Positions 55,330 to 62,786 of a stretch of 64,000 bases of DNA are shown one piece after another; position 1 is the first letter of the stretch, and each line of letters opens with the position of its first letter. The notes under the pieces are model-generated. The model saw only the letters and a list, made by a program, of their open reading frames with translations, was not told where the DNA came from and did no database searches. Source of the stretch: a virus. A program made the position numbers and the translations under genes. The DNA lies in the IMG/VR virus record IMGVR_UViG_3300037541_000696, positions 1 through 64,000 of that record, one strand, 5' to 3'.

Positions 55330-55425
55330 TAGAATCACCTTAGTTCTGTTTTCATGCAAGCTCCTTTCAGTCGGCAAAACTGAATCGGGAGCATCCAAGC
55401 CCACGGCGCAAACCGTGGGCTTTTT
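55330..55425 (+). ncRNA. Putative antisense RNA to initiator leader (-10 box included)
   Basis: TGgTAGAAT at 55327-55335; internal hairpin; terminator AAGCCCACGG-cgcaaa-CCGTGGGCTTTTT. Confidence 0.5.
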
Positions 55426-55450
55426 ACTCTAGCAGCTTTTTGAGATGCAC

Positions 55451-55499
55451 GTAACAATTTGTGACAAGTCGCGCAAGGCGTTGTCCGTGATGCTATGGT
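55451..55499 (+). promoter_or_regulatory. Early-type promoter with HLR1-like tandem repeat (divergent junction)
   Basis: GTAACAAT-tt-GTGACAAG, TGcTATGGT 33 bp downstream. Confidence 0.65.
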
Positions 55500-55710
55500 T
55501 TTGGTTGAGTTGATCTTTTTTATGTTAAACCGACTTCAAATTCTTGCCGGAATTCTTGTGTTGTTAATTTTATTTTCACTTCCTTTAATTGGTGCTTTCA
55601 ATAAAGCATCCGCATTTAATAAATTTACAACAGGACGAAAAGCTACTGTTTGGGATGCCTTGTTTGTTGAGTTGCGCGTAGAATCACAATGCAATAATCA
55701 AAAATCTTGA
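55495..55710 (+). CDS. Small membrane protein (start probably 55522, MLNRL)
   Basis: TM segment then FNKFT..ATVWDA.F. Confidence 0.6.
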   Translation: MVLVELIFFMLNRLQILAGILVLLILFSLPLIGAFNKASAFNKFTTGRKATVWDALFVELRVESQCNNQKS

Positions 55711-55811
55711 AATGGAAAGTTTTGTAAACTTAATCCCCGCCACTTCTAACGATGCACTATGGTGGCTTTTGTTCCTTTCAGCTTTGCTAAACCTTTCGCT
55801 GAGTTCTGTTT

Positions 55812-56054
55812 ATGACGACTGAGGATGACTGGATCCCGATCTCAAAAGAATTTCCGCCACCTGATCAGTGGCTTTTTGTGGTGTATAAGTGTGCTGGTGG
55901 TGGGTTTCGTAGGTTTGGACGCACAGGTGGTCAACATGTTACTACGGCGCATACTTTTTACGAACACAATGGAAAGCCGTTGATTTCTCTTCTTCCTGAA
56001 CTTAGCTGTACCGTGACTCATTGGATGATTCAACCACCCTTACCGAAAAGATGA
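55812..56054 (+). CDS. DUF551-like small protein
   Basis: WIPIS..PP ... VTHWM..P.LP. Confidence 0.7.
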   Translation: MTTEDDWIPISKEFPPPDQWLFVVYKCAGGGFRRFGRTGGQHVTTAHTFYEHNGKPLISLLPELSCTVTHWMIQPPLPKR

Positions 56055-56148
56055 CGATGCTTGATTTGTATTTTGTTTTCATCAGGTTTAGTTGTTGTTG
56101 CTTTTCATTGCTGGGCTTAATCAATAAGTAATGAACTATAGTAATCAC

Positions 56149-56230
56149 GAGAGCATGGCGGAATTGGTAGACGCGCTGGGTTTAGGTTCCAGTGACTTCG
56201 ATCGTGGGGGTTCAAGTCCCCCTGCTCTCA
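56149..56230 (+). tRNA. tRNA-Leu(TAG)
   Basis: Acceptor GAGAGCA/TGCTCTC, anticodon loop TTTAGGT, variable arm, GGTTCAAGTCC; no encoded CCA. Confidence 0.95.
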
Positions 56231-56234
56231 TTTT

Positions 56235-56307
56235 GGTGGCCTAGCAATCTGGAGAATGCAGTGGCCTCATAAGCCGCCGAAGATGGGTTCGATCCCCATG
56301 GCCATCA
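56235..56307 (+). tRNA. tRNA with CAT anticodon (elongator Met or Ile2)
   Basis: Acceptor GGTGGCC/GGCCATC, loop CTCATAA, GGTTCGATCCC. Confidence 0.9.
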
Positions 56308-56472
56308 TCACAAGCCCATGACAAGGGCAAAAAGCTTGCAGCGCAACGGGTTTCAAGATTTTGTGCAGCTGATCCCATGACGATTTTTGCCCCTTGGATT
56401 TCGGTTTTTATGCCATACAGCTTGCAGATCGTTTCATTTTGTGCCAAAATCATAGAAATTTTATGACGTGGC

Positions 56473-57192
56473 ATGAAAAAAGAAACCAAAAGTAATGTTT
56501 GGGATATAAACTGTGGTCACTCCTCACGCAATAAAGAAAGCAAAGAAGCCTATCGGCGCTTTAGAATTTACCTAGAAATGGGTCCATCACGCAACATAAG
56601 TAAGCTGTCTTCGATATTAAAAATCCCAAGACAAAATCTTTATGTTCAAGCAAAAACATACAATTGGAATGATCGTGTTGATGCTTATGATGACTACATA
56701 GAGAAAGTTAATAAAATAGATAATATGGATCAGAAGATGGATAAGTTATCGCCAGTGCCGGAAGTTAATGTTTTGACGCCTGATGAAGATATAATCAGGC
56801 CTGATATTGTTGATCTAGCGGCAAGGCCTAGTCGTCACACGCAAGAAATTAACATTTATCAACGTCAATTTCAAGGCATTGGTCAAAAATTAGCCAATGA
56901 AGCACTTGCTACGTTAGAGCTTGCTAGAGAATGTAGGGAATCAATTCAAGAAGATGCAGAGCGCTATAGAAAAGCTGTTGAGGAAAATCAGCATGACCGT
57001 GCATTAAGTATTACAAAGCGATTATCTGAGCGCATTAAGCAATATACTTTACTTGGTAGCATGGCCGTGAATTGCGGGAACAGTAGCCGAACACTGTGGG
57101 GTGATGCGATCGGCATAAACACATTATTGCAACATTTCTATACAATGCAACAAAATATGAAGCCAGTAGCAAAGGAGGGGAAGAGGAAGTAA
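56473..57192 (+). CDS. HTH protein, terminase small subunit-like
   Basis: ESKEAYRRF..YLEMGPSR...YNWNDRVDAYD then helical region. Confidence 0.55.
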   Translation: MKKETKSNVWDINCGHSSRNKESKEAYRRFRIYLEMGPSRNISKLSSILKIPRQNLYVQAKTYNWNDRVDAYDDYIEKVNKIDNMDQKMDKLSPVPEVNVLTPDEDIIRPDIVDLAARPSRHTQEINIYQRQFQGIGQKLANEALATLELARECRESIQEDAERYRKAVEENQHDRALSITKRLSERIKQYTLLGSMAVNCGNSSRTLWGDAIGINTLLQHFYTMQQNMKPVAKEGKRK

Positions 57193-57195
57193 GAT

Positions 57196-57555
57196 GTGAA
57201 GGTTGTTTCTTTTGATGACCTTCGCTATTCTTTACTACATCTCATCATGATCAACTTTCATAGCGGCTGCCACGGCTGCACTCAGCAATACAAACACGGC
57301 ATAGATTTTTGCTTTGATTGCTGCTACTTTCAGGCAGACTGGAGCAAGCCTGGCCTCAATAACGAGCCGTCCAGTCCGGCAGACTGGAGCAAGCCTGGCC
57401 TCAATAACGAGCCGTCCAGTCCGGCCGATCTTGCGCGCCAGCGTGTGATCGACCGTCGCAACATTATTGCAACATTTCTATACAATGCAACAAAATATGA
57501 AGCCAGTAGCAAAGGAGGGGAAGAGGAAGTAAGATGTGAAGGTTGTTTCTTTTGA
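57196..57555 (+). CDS. Cys-rich chimeric ORF (start may be 57247)
   Basis: CHGC..CFDCC; 3' end made of the duplicated segment read in another frame. Confidence 0.45.
   Translation: MKVVSFDDLRYSLLHLIMINFHSGCHGCTQQYKHGIDFCFDCCYFQADWSKPGLNNEPSSPADWSKPGLNNEPSSPADLARQRVIDRRNIIATFLYNATKYEASSKGGEEEVRCEGCFF
57333..57425 (+). repeat. 45-bp tandem repeat x2
   Basis: Encodes ADWSKPGLNNEPSSP twice. Confidence 0.95.
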
Positions 57556-57558
57556 GGT

Positions 57559-57759
57559 TTGGTTTTGACTGGCTTAATTCTTAATCGGTTGCGAGACTCA
57601 ATTATTTTTACACACATCAAAAAATCAGGTGTTTTTGTTGTTATTTTTAAGGGAGAAAAGTTTTATAGCGAAACTTTGTCAATTGATCAAGTAATGCAGT
57701 TCAGTCAAGAGATTGCTAATTTGGCTCAAAAAGCAAAGCAAGAAGAGGGGGCGGAGTGA
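57559..57759 (+). CDS. Hypothetical protein
   Basis: ORF coupled to next gene. Confidence 0.45.
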   Translation: MVLTGLILNRLRDSIIFTHIKKSGVFVVIFKGEKFYSETLSIDQVMQFSQEIANLAQKAKQEEGAE

Positions 57760-58013
57760 TGCCTGATTCAATTCTTGATCGCTTGGAAGGCATTTTTTCA
57801 GTGTGGCTTAACACTACACAAAATTTTTCAGTGCAAGCTGAGCATTATGGAAATTCAGTTGCAGTGGAAATCTTGACACCAGAAGAAATGCGCCAGCTTG
57901 GCCATGAGCTGATCGCAATGGCTGATGAAGCTCAGCCGGATCCATCCGAAGCCGAAATGCACGATTGGAGAACACATCCTGCGCTAACATCAGAACAGCG
58001 GAATGGCGTGTGA
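57756..58013 (+). CDS. Hypothetical protein
   Basis: RBS; C-terminal HPALTSEQRN. Confidence 0.6.
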   Translation: MMPDSILDRLEGIFSVWLNTTQNFSVQAEHYGNSVAVEILTPEEMRQLGHELIAMADEAQPDPSEAEMHDWRTHPALTSEQRNGV

Positions 58014-58142
58014 TGGTAGAATGCTTTTACATCGCAATCACGATAGTGCTGCTGCCAATGATTATGGTTGCACTTGTCGCATTTGTTCGTGATAAATTTA
58101 ACAAAAATGGTCATAGACCGAAAAGCATTCCTGGATGTTGAT

Positions 58143-58192
58143 GTTTCAATTTGTTAAAGCGGCTAGTCATTCATTTGTGTTAGCCTTATCGT
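58143..58192 (+). promoter_or_regulatory. Early-type promoter with HLR1-like tandem repeat
   Basis: GTTTCAAT-tt-GTTAAAGC, TATCGT 34 bp downstream. Confidence 0.55.
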
Positions 58193-58214
58193 AAGAGAGT
58201 CCACTTGAAAGACC

Positions 58215-58454
58215 ATGGCCACACTCAAACCTCCTCCAGTCCGCACCCCTGTGCGCCCCGCTCCTCAACCCGCCCGGCCTTTTGATAGGCCAACTCGTCC
58301 TTTTACGGTTGAATCGGCGCATCGTTTGGCGACGCTGATCACTACCCTGATCGTGGTGTCACTGGGCTCCTGCACGGTGGCGCCGCTTATTGGCGCATTG
58401 GAAGGGGCCAGGATGCAAGCTCCCGCTCAAAACACAACTGCAATGGTGGCGTGA
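58215..58454 (+). CDS. Pro-rich membrane protein
   Basis: First gene after promoter. Confidence 0.6.
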   Translation: MATLKPPPVRTPVRPAPQPARPFDRPTRPFTVESAHRLATLITTLIVVSLGSCTVAPLIGALEGARMQAPAQNTTAMVA

Positions 58455-58825
58455 TGAATCTTGTTTCGCAAATTGTTGACTTTCTTGAGTCCGAAGGATT
58501 TGGTAATGCTGCCAAGTTTCTTCGTAAGTATAGAACAAATAAAAAGCCGTATGAAGATATGGCGATCACAGAGATCCTAAGTGATCCTGATGTTTCTCCA
58601 GCCATTAAAATCATGATTCTGGCCAATGAAGTTGTGCCAGAAACTCCTGAACCAAACATGAACGCAGGCTATCCACAGGGGATAGAAAACAACCTGCAAG
58701 ACATTGCGTGGACGCAATGGAAAACACAGCAAGATGTGCGTAAAGCTATGAACGACATAGCAAAAGCACTAAATGCGCATTATTTTGGCGCGGTTCCAAT
58801 TGAAAAGCTTAATCATGAATCATGA
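58451..58825 (+). CDS. Hypothetical protein
   Basis: Coupled ORF. Confidence 0.6.
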   Translation: MMNLVSQIVDFLESEGFGNAAKFLRKYRTNKKPYEDMAITEILSDPDVSPAIKIMILANEVVPETPEPNMNAGYPQGIENNLQDIAWTQWKTQQDVRKAMNDIAKALNAHYFGAVPIEKLNHES

Positions 58826-59162
58826 TGAAGAACAAGTCCTGCTTTGTGCTGGACGCATCGCAGATCTTTCACTGCGTCTTGTTGGCGGGCGTGGATTGAA
58901 TGGTTACATTACTGCAGTAGGAATTGATGGCTTTTCGGATGTAGCTACAGAGTTGAAAGCAGAGTTGCTGAATTATGCTAGCTTTATACTAGCTCTTGAT
59001 TGCAGCGATTTAAACTGCCATGTATACAAAATGGCTCATTGTGCTACAATTTTTTGCGCACAAAAAATGCCATTGGAAAGTTTTTCGCAATTAGCAAAAA
59101 AATTAAGATTAGCCACAGAAGCGTATAATGTTTATATTCTTCAACAAAGCACAAACCAATGA
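58815..59162 (+). CDS. Hypothetical protein
   Basis: Start re-assigned to MNHDEE. Confidence 0.55.
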   Translation: MNHDEEQVLLCAGRIADLSLRLVGGRGLNGYITAVGIDGFSDVATELKAELLNYASFILALDCSDLNCHVYKMAHCATIFCAQKMPLESFSQLAKKLRLATEAYNVYILQQSTNQ

Positions 59163-59833
59163 AAGGATTTTTCATCGCCTTAGAAGGCATTGATGGCTGT
59201 GGTAAGACCACTCAGCTCACGGCATTAGCTGAGTGGTTGCCCATGAGTGGCCTGATGCTAGATGGCGCCAATCTAGTCACCACTCAAGAGCCAGGCGGCA
59301 CGGCATTTGGTGCAGGTGTGCGCAACATGTTGTTGGCTCCAGAAGCTGGCAAAGAGCCGTGCCCCAGAGCTGAGTTGCTGTTGTATATGGCCGATCGTGC
59401 GCAGCATGTTGAAACTGTAATCATGCCAGCGCTAAATAATGGTCACTGGGTATTGTGTGATCGCTTTAACGCTTCAACTGTTGCGTATCAAGGTTATGGC
59501 CGTGGATGGCCACGGTGCGATATTCAAATGCTAAACTATTATGCGTCCACAGGCCTTAGGCCAGATCTAATCCTTTGGATTGATATTCCAGTAGATGAAG
59601 CATTACGGCGAATAAGGAATAAACAGCTAGATCGAATTGAAGCTGAAGGAAAAGAATTTTTAAGACGTGTGCATCAAGGATACGAAGAGCATTATTATGC
59701 ATATACAAACAATGTAACTTCTTCTCGAAGAAAGACTTTATTCATGAGAATTAACGGATTAGACGCTGCAGAATTAGTAACACAAAAGTGCAAGAATGTG
59801 ATTAGTGATCGTGTTGCATGGCTGCAATCATGA
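59159..59833 (+). CDS. tmk: Thymidylate (dTMP) kinase
   Basis: EGIDGCGKTT, EPGGT, ADRAQH, CDRF..STVAYQGYGRG, DRIE. Confidence 0.95.
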   Translation: MKGFFIALEGIDGCGKTTQLTALAEWLPMSGLMLDGANLVTTQEPGGTAFGAGVRNMLLAPEAGKEPCPRAELLLYMADRAQHVETVIMPALNNGHWVLCDRFNASTVAYQGYGRGWPRCDIQMLNYYASTGLRPDLILWIDIPVDEALRRIRNKQLDRIEAEGKEFLRRVHQGYEEHYYAYTNNVTSSRRKTLFMRINGLDAAELVTQKCKNVISDRVAWLQS

Positions 59834-60027
59834 AACCAGACAGCTATCACATCAGCGGCCCCATGGATGACCTATGCAAGTCTCATGGCCTATGGATTGG
59901 TGACGGAAATGGTTTGAGCCCATTGATATACTTCAAAAAGCCCGCTTGGATTAAAGATGAAGAAATGTGAAGACAAATCGTGGCGTCTGTTAGGATTACG
60001 CTTCCTTCTGGAGTTGAAATTCAATGA
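59830..60027 (+). pseudogene. Small gene with in-frame TGA at 59968-59970
   Basis: Frame continues 18 codons to a TGA overlapping the next ATG. Confidence 0.5.
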
Positions 60028-60296
60028 ATGACTCTGATCAGGACACTAAAGCCAAGGAGCCTACATGGTTTCTTTTATATGAAGACACTAGCTGTGATGG
60101 AAAAGGACCCGCGAAATATATTGGACGAACTACTGATAAAACTGTCGCATTTAATCATTGCAAAAAGCGACAAAATCATAGTAATCTTTATGTGCATTAC
60201 GGAACTCGCCATGTAATGGCAATTACGGATACGAAAGAGATCATAATGGATGTCACATGCCCTTCTGTTTGTGGATGCACATGGGAAGAATTGTGA
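60024..60296 (+). CDS. Hypothetical protein
   Basis: WFLLYE.TSCDG.G...YIGRTTD. Confidence 0.6.
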   Translation: MNDSDQDTKAKEPTWFLLYEDTSCDGKGPAKYIGRTTDKTVAFNHCKKRQNHSNLYVHYGTRHVMAITDTKEIIMDVTCPSVCGCTWEEL

Positions 60297-60334
60297 TTTT
60301 TTAATTTATCAACACTACCGCAATACAAAACACC

Positions 60335-61075
60335 ATGACCAACCAACCTAATTTTTCTTGCTGGGAAGCCCTTCAAAACCTTCGTGATCTTGGCGCAGGC
60401 GCACCATTTGTTGATTGCTTGTTTGATTTGCACGACATGCTTATGGCGCAAGAAAATAATGCTGAAATGCGGCGTAAGCAAGTTACAGAAAAAGACAAAG
60501 ATATTGAATCAGTGAAAAGTGATAGATTGCGATCCGAAAAAGTCAGCGATGCTATATGCGAGCTTGATGATTTGTTTAATATAAGTTTTCCTGAGTCACT
60601 AGAAAGCGCAGTTGCTTGCGACTTCGCTGGTGATGGCTCAAATTGGCGGCAAGACAGAGCAGAGTTGTTTACAGGAAAAATTGAACGCGTGATGCGCCAC
60701 TTGCAAGAAGTTAAAAACAGATTACAAGGTATGCCGGTTGCAACTAAAGAGCACAACAATGATCTTGAACATACAATTACTATTGATGGCGTTGTTTATT
60801 ATAGCGCTAAGCATCATAAGCCTAAGGACGGCGAAGCGGTTACTGGGTACGCAAAAGGAAATGATTGGATCAGTTATTCATGTTTGGGTCCTGTGACGTC
60901 CGATCCTGTTTGGCGACCAGTTCCTTTTACTGTTTGGTATGAACACGATAAATCGTGTTGGTATACTTACGATTACCTTAGACAGAGTGATTGTAAAATC
61001 AACGTAATTGCATGGACACATCTTCCTCACCCAAAAAGCGCTGAAGAATTTCAAGATTTTTGCAATAGCTTGTAA
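60335..61075 (+). CDS. Hypothetical protein, DUF551-like C-terminus
   Basis: VIAWTHLPHP. Confidence 0.6.
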   Translation: MTNQPNFSCWEALQNLRDLGAGAPFVDCLFDLHDMLMAQENNAEMRRKQVTEKDKDIESVKSDRLRSEKVSDAICELDDLFNISFPESLESAVACDFAGDGSNWRQDRAELFTGKIERVMRHLQEVKNRLQGMPVATKEHNNDLEHTITIDGVVYYSAKHHKPKDGEAVTGYAKGNDWISYSCLGPVTSDPVWRPVPFTVWYEHDKSCWYTYDYLRQSDCKINVIAWTHLPHPKSAEEFQDFCNSL

Positions 61076-61077
61076 TC

Positions 61078-61476
61078 ATGGGACTTGATCTTTCTATCGA
61101 CGTTTTTTCAGGTGGTTATGTTGCGTTCGACCGGCTGCGTGCGTTCATTTGTGAGGCTACTGGCGGTAGCTGGCCGCCTCATTCTGATCAAACATTAGAT
61201 CCTGAGATTTGGTATATTGATGATGCGTTTAGCAAAAGTACTCATCCTGGGCTTTGGGAGCTTTTGTCACATTCAGATAGCATGGGTGAAATTAGTCCAT
61301 CGCTATGTGCATCATTAGCAAAGGATCTGGAAGAATTGCTGCCGGCCATGATTAAAATGGACTCAATTGGTCAGGGTCATATTGCAAACAATGGAGGATA
61401 TGTTCCGATTGTGAAAAAATTGATTATTGGATGCAAGGCTGCTGCTGATATGGGTGAGCCTTTGTGTTTTAGGTGA
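61078..61476 (+). CDS. Hypothetical protein (MGLD..HSD..GEI family)
   Basis: Motif common in small phage proteins. Confidence 0.7.
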   Translation: MGLDLSIDVFSGGYVAFDRLRAFICEATGGSWPPHSDQTLDPEIWYIDDAFSKSTHPGLWELLSHSDSMGEISPSLCASLAKDLEELLPAMIKMDSIGQGHIANNGGYVPIVKKLIIGCKAAADMGEPLCFR

Positions 61477-61478
61477 TT

Positions 61479-61529
61479 GCGACAGTTTGTTACGGATCTT
61501 GGCTGTTGGCAGGATGCGTGCCTTAGGAT
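61479..61529 (+). promoter_or_regulatory. Early-type promoter with HLR1-like tandem repeat
   Basis: GCGACAGT-tt-GTTACGGA, TAGGAT 35 bp downstream. Confidence 0.7.
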
Positions 61530-61578
61530 CAGTGCATCGGGCGGAAAAATCTGCTCGGCATTCCTTGCGTCTTAATTC

Positions 61579-61818
61579 ATGGTTACTACCGCCCCTTTGC
61601 TTTCTGTTGGCACGTTTGGGGTTCATTTAATTAAGTCTTCTACTGGTTTTTCTTTTGTTGGTGCTGTACCTACTGGCATCAAAGTTGGTGGCTATAGCAG
61701 CATTGAAGATGGAATCGCGGCATTTGTTCGTTGGTTCAAATCACAAGATGCTTCTTTCCAGCGTGAGCATGTTGGCAATCTTCGCAATGATGTATTTGTG
61801 ATGATGTTTGCTTCTTGA
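61579..61818 (+). CDS. Hypothetical protein
   Basis: First gene after promoter. Confidence 0.6.
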   Translation: MVTTAPLLSVGTFGVHLIKSSTGFSFVGAVPTGIKVGGYSSIEDGIAAFVRWFKSQDASFQREHVGNLRNDVFVMMFAS

Positions 61819-61873
61819 TTAGCCTCGTGCATTGCCTCAATCCTTTTCTGGCACCATCTACCCCTTCTGCATC

Positions 61874-62173
61874 ATGATTTTTGAAGCGCAGCGCCTTCGC
61901 AATCTGACAACCGAAAGATTGCACACTAAGATGGATGATATTTATACGGATATTTGCTTGGTAATGGGTCTACCTTCAATTATGACTCATTCTCTTCCTG
62001 CTGCAAACAAAGCAATTGCTCCGTGGCTGCACAAGCACGTTAAAGAGCCATCTTTTTGGGATGGCAGCTACAATCCTGGGTTAAAAGGTATCGTTTACTT
62101 GCCAGATCCAACACCCGAAGAACAACAAGAAATGAAAACACTTTGGATAGCTGAATTAAATGACATTTCCTGA
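61874..62173 (+). CDS. Hypothetical protein
   Basis: RLRNLTTERLHT..DIY..IMTHSLP. Confidence 0.6.
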   Translation: MIFEAQRLRNLTTERLHTKMDDIYTDICLVMGLPSIMTHSLPAANKAIAPWLHKHVKEPSFWDGSYNPGLKGIVYLPDPTPEEQQEMKTLWIAELNDIS

Positions 62174-62245
62174 CCTAGCCTTCATCATATTTAGCTTTCT
62201 GCCTGCCGGAGCTTTTCCTGTATCATTTCCCTCGCTCGAATCATC

Positions 62246-62476
62246 ATGACCACTTCTGTCAAATACGGCTTTTATTCTGAAATTGCGGCAAAACAGTTTG
62301 GAACTTTTATTTACCTTGATACAAACAACAAAGAAGTGGAAGTAACAAACATATCCTTAGATCAATTATGTAGCGGGTATCACTTTGCCGATAAGGTTTG
62401 CCTAGGGCAGGTGACGACTTTTGTTCGCAAAGGGCGAAGAGGCAACGATAGCTGGCTTAAAACTTTTGTGACATAA
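62246..62476 (+). CDS. Hypothetical protein
   Basis: ORF; TATCAT upstream. Confidence 0.55.
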   Translation: MTTSVKYGFYSEIAAKQFGTFIYLDTNNKEVEVTNISLDQLCSGYHFADKVCLGQVTTFVRKGRRGNDSWLKTFVT

Positions 62477-62547
62477 AATGACACTCTCCGATCTAGTTTT
62501 CATTCTGGCCCTTCACTGCTCACTCATTCCAATCATTATCGCCACCA

Positions 62548-62736
62548 ATGTCATCCTCTCCAAGGAAAACGTTTAATGATGTTTCAAAGTGTGTTGGTTT
62601 TGAACTGACGAAAAGAGTGCTCCATCAAGATTGCCTTGATTGCCAACTTAGGCAAGGTCATTCATTAGAACATCAAAATCTTTTTGCTATTGACAGGAAA
62701 GAATTTTTGAACAATCGTTGCCCTTACAGGGTCTGA
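62548..62736 (+). CDS. Small Cys-containing protein
   Basis: NDVSKC..CLDCQ..CPY. Confidence 0.45.
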   Translation: MSSSPRKTFNDVSKCVGFELTKRVLHQDCLDCQLRQGHSLEHQNLFAIDRKEFLNNRCPYRV

Positions 62737-62786
62737 TCACAATGCTTAATTTGATCTGCTAGGATTAGCAAAATCACTCAAGCACT

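Larger units (their letters stand above)
57121..57555. repeat. 95-bp exact direct repeat pair (57121-57215 and 57461-57555)
   Basis: Flanks a 245-bp insert. Confidence 0.95.

Noticed and set aside
55451-55465. NtcA site or Pho box as the explanation of the early promoter motif
   Set aside because: NtcA needs GTA-N8-TAC, which is not matched; Pho boxes have an 11-bp period whereas these repeats have 10.
56241-56489. ORF overlapping the CAT tRNA
   Set aside because: Antisense to a well-formed tRNA.
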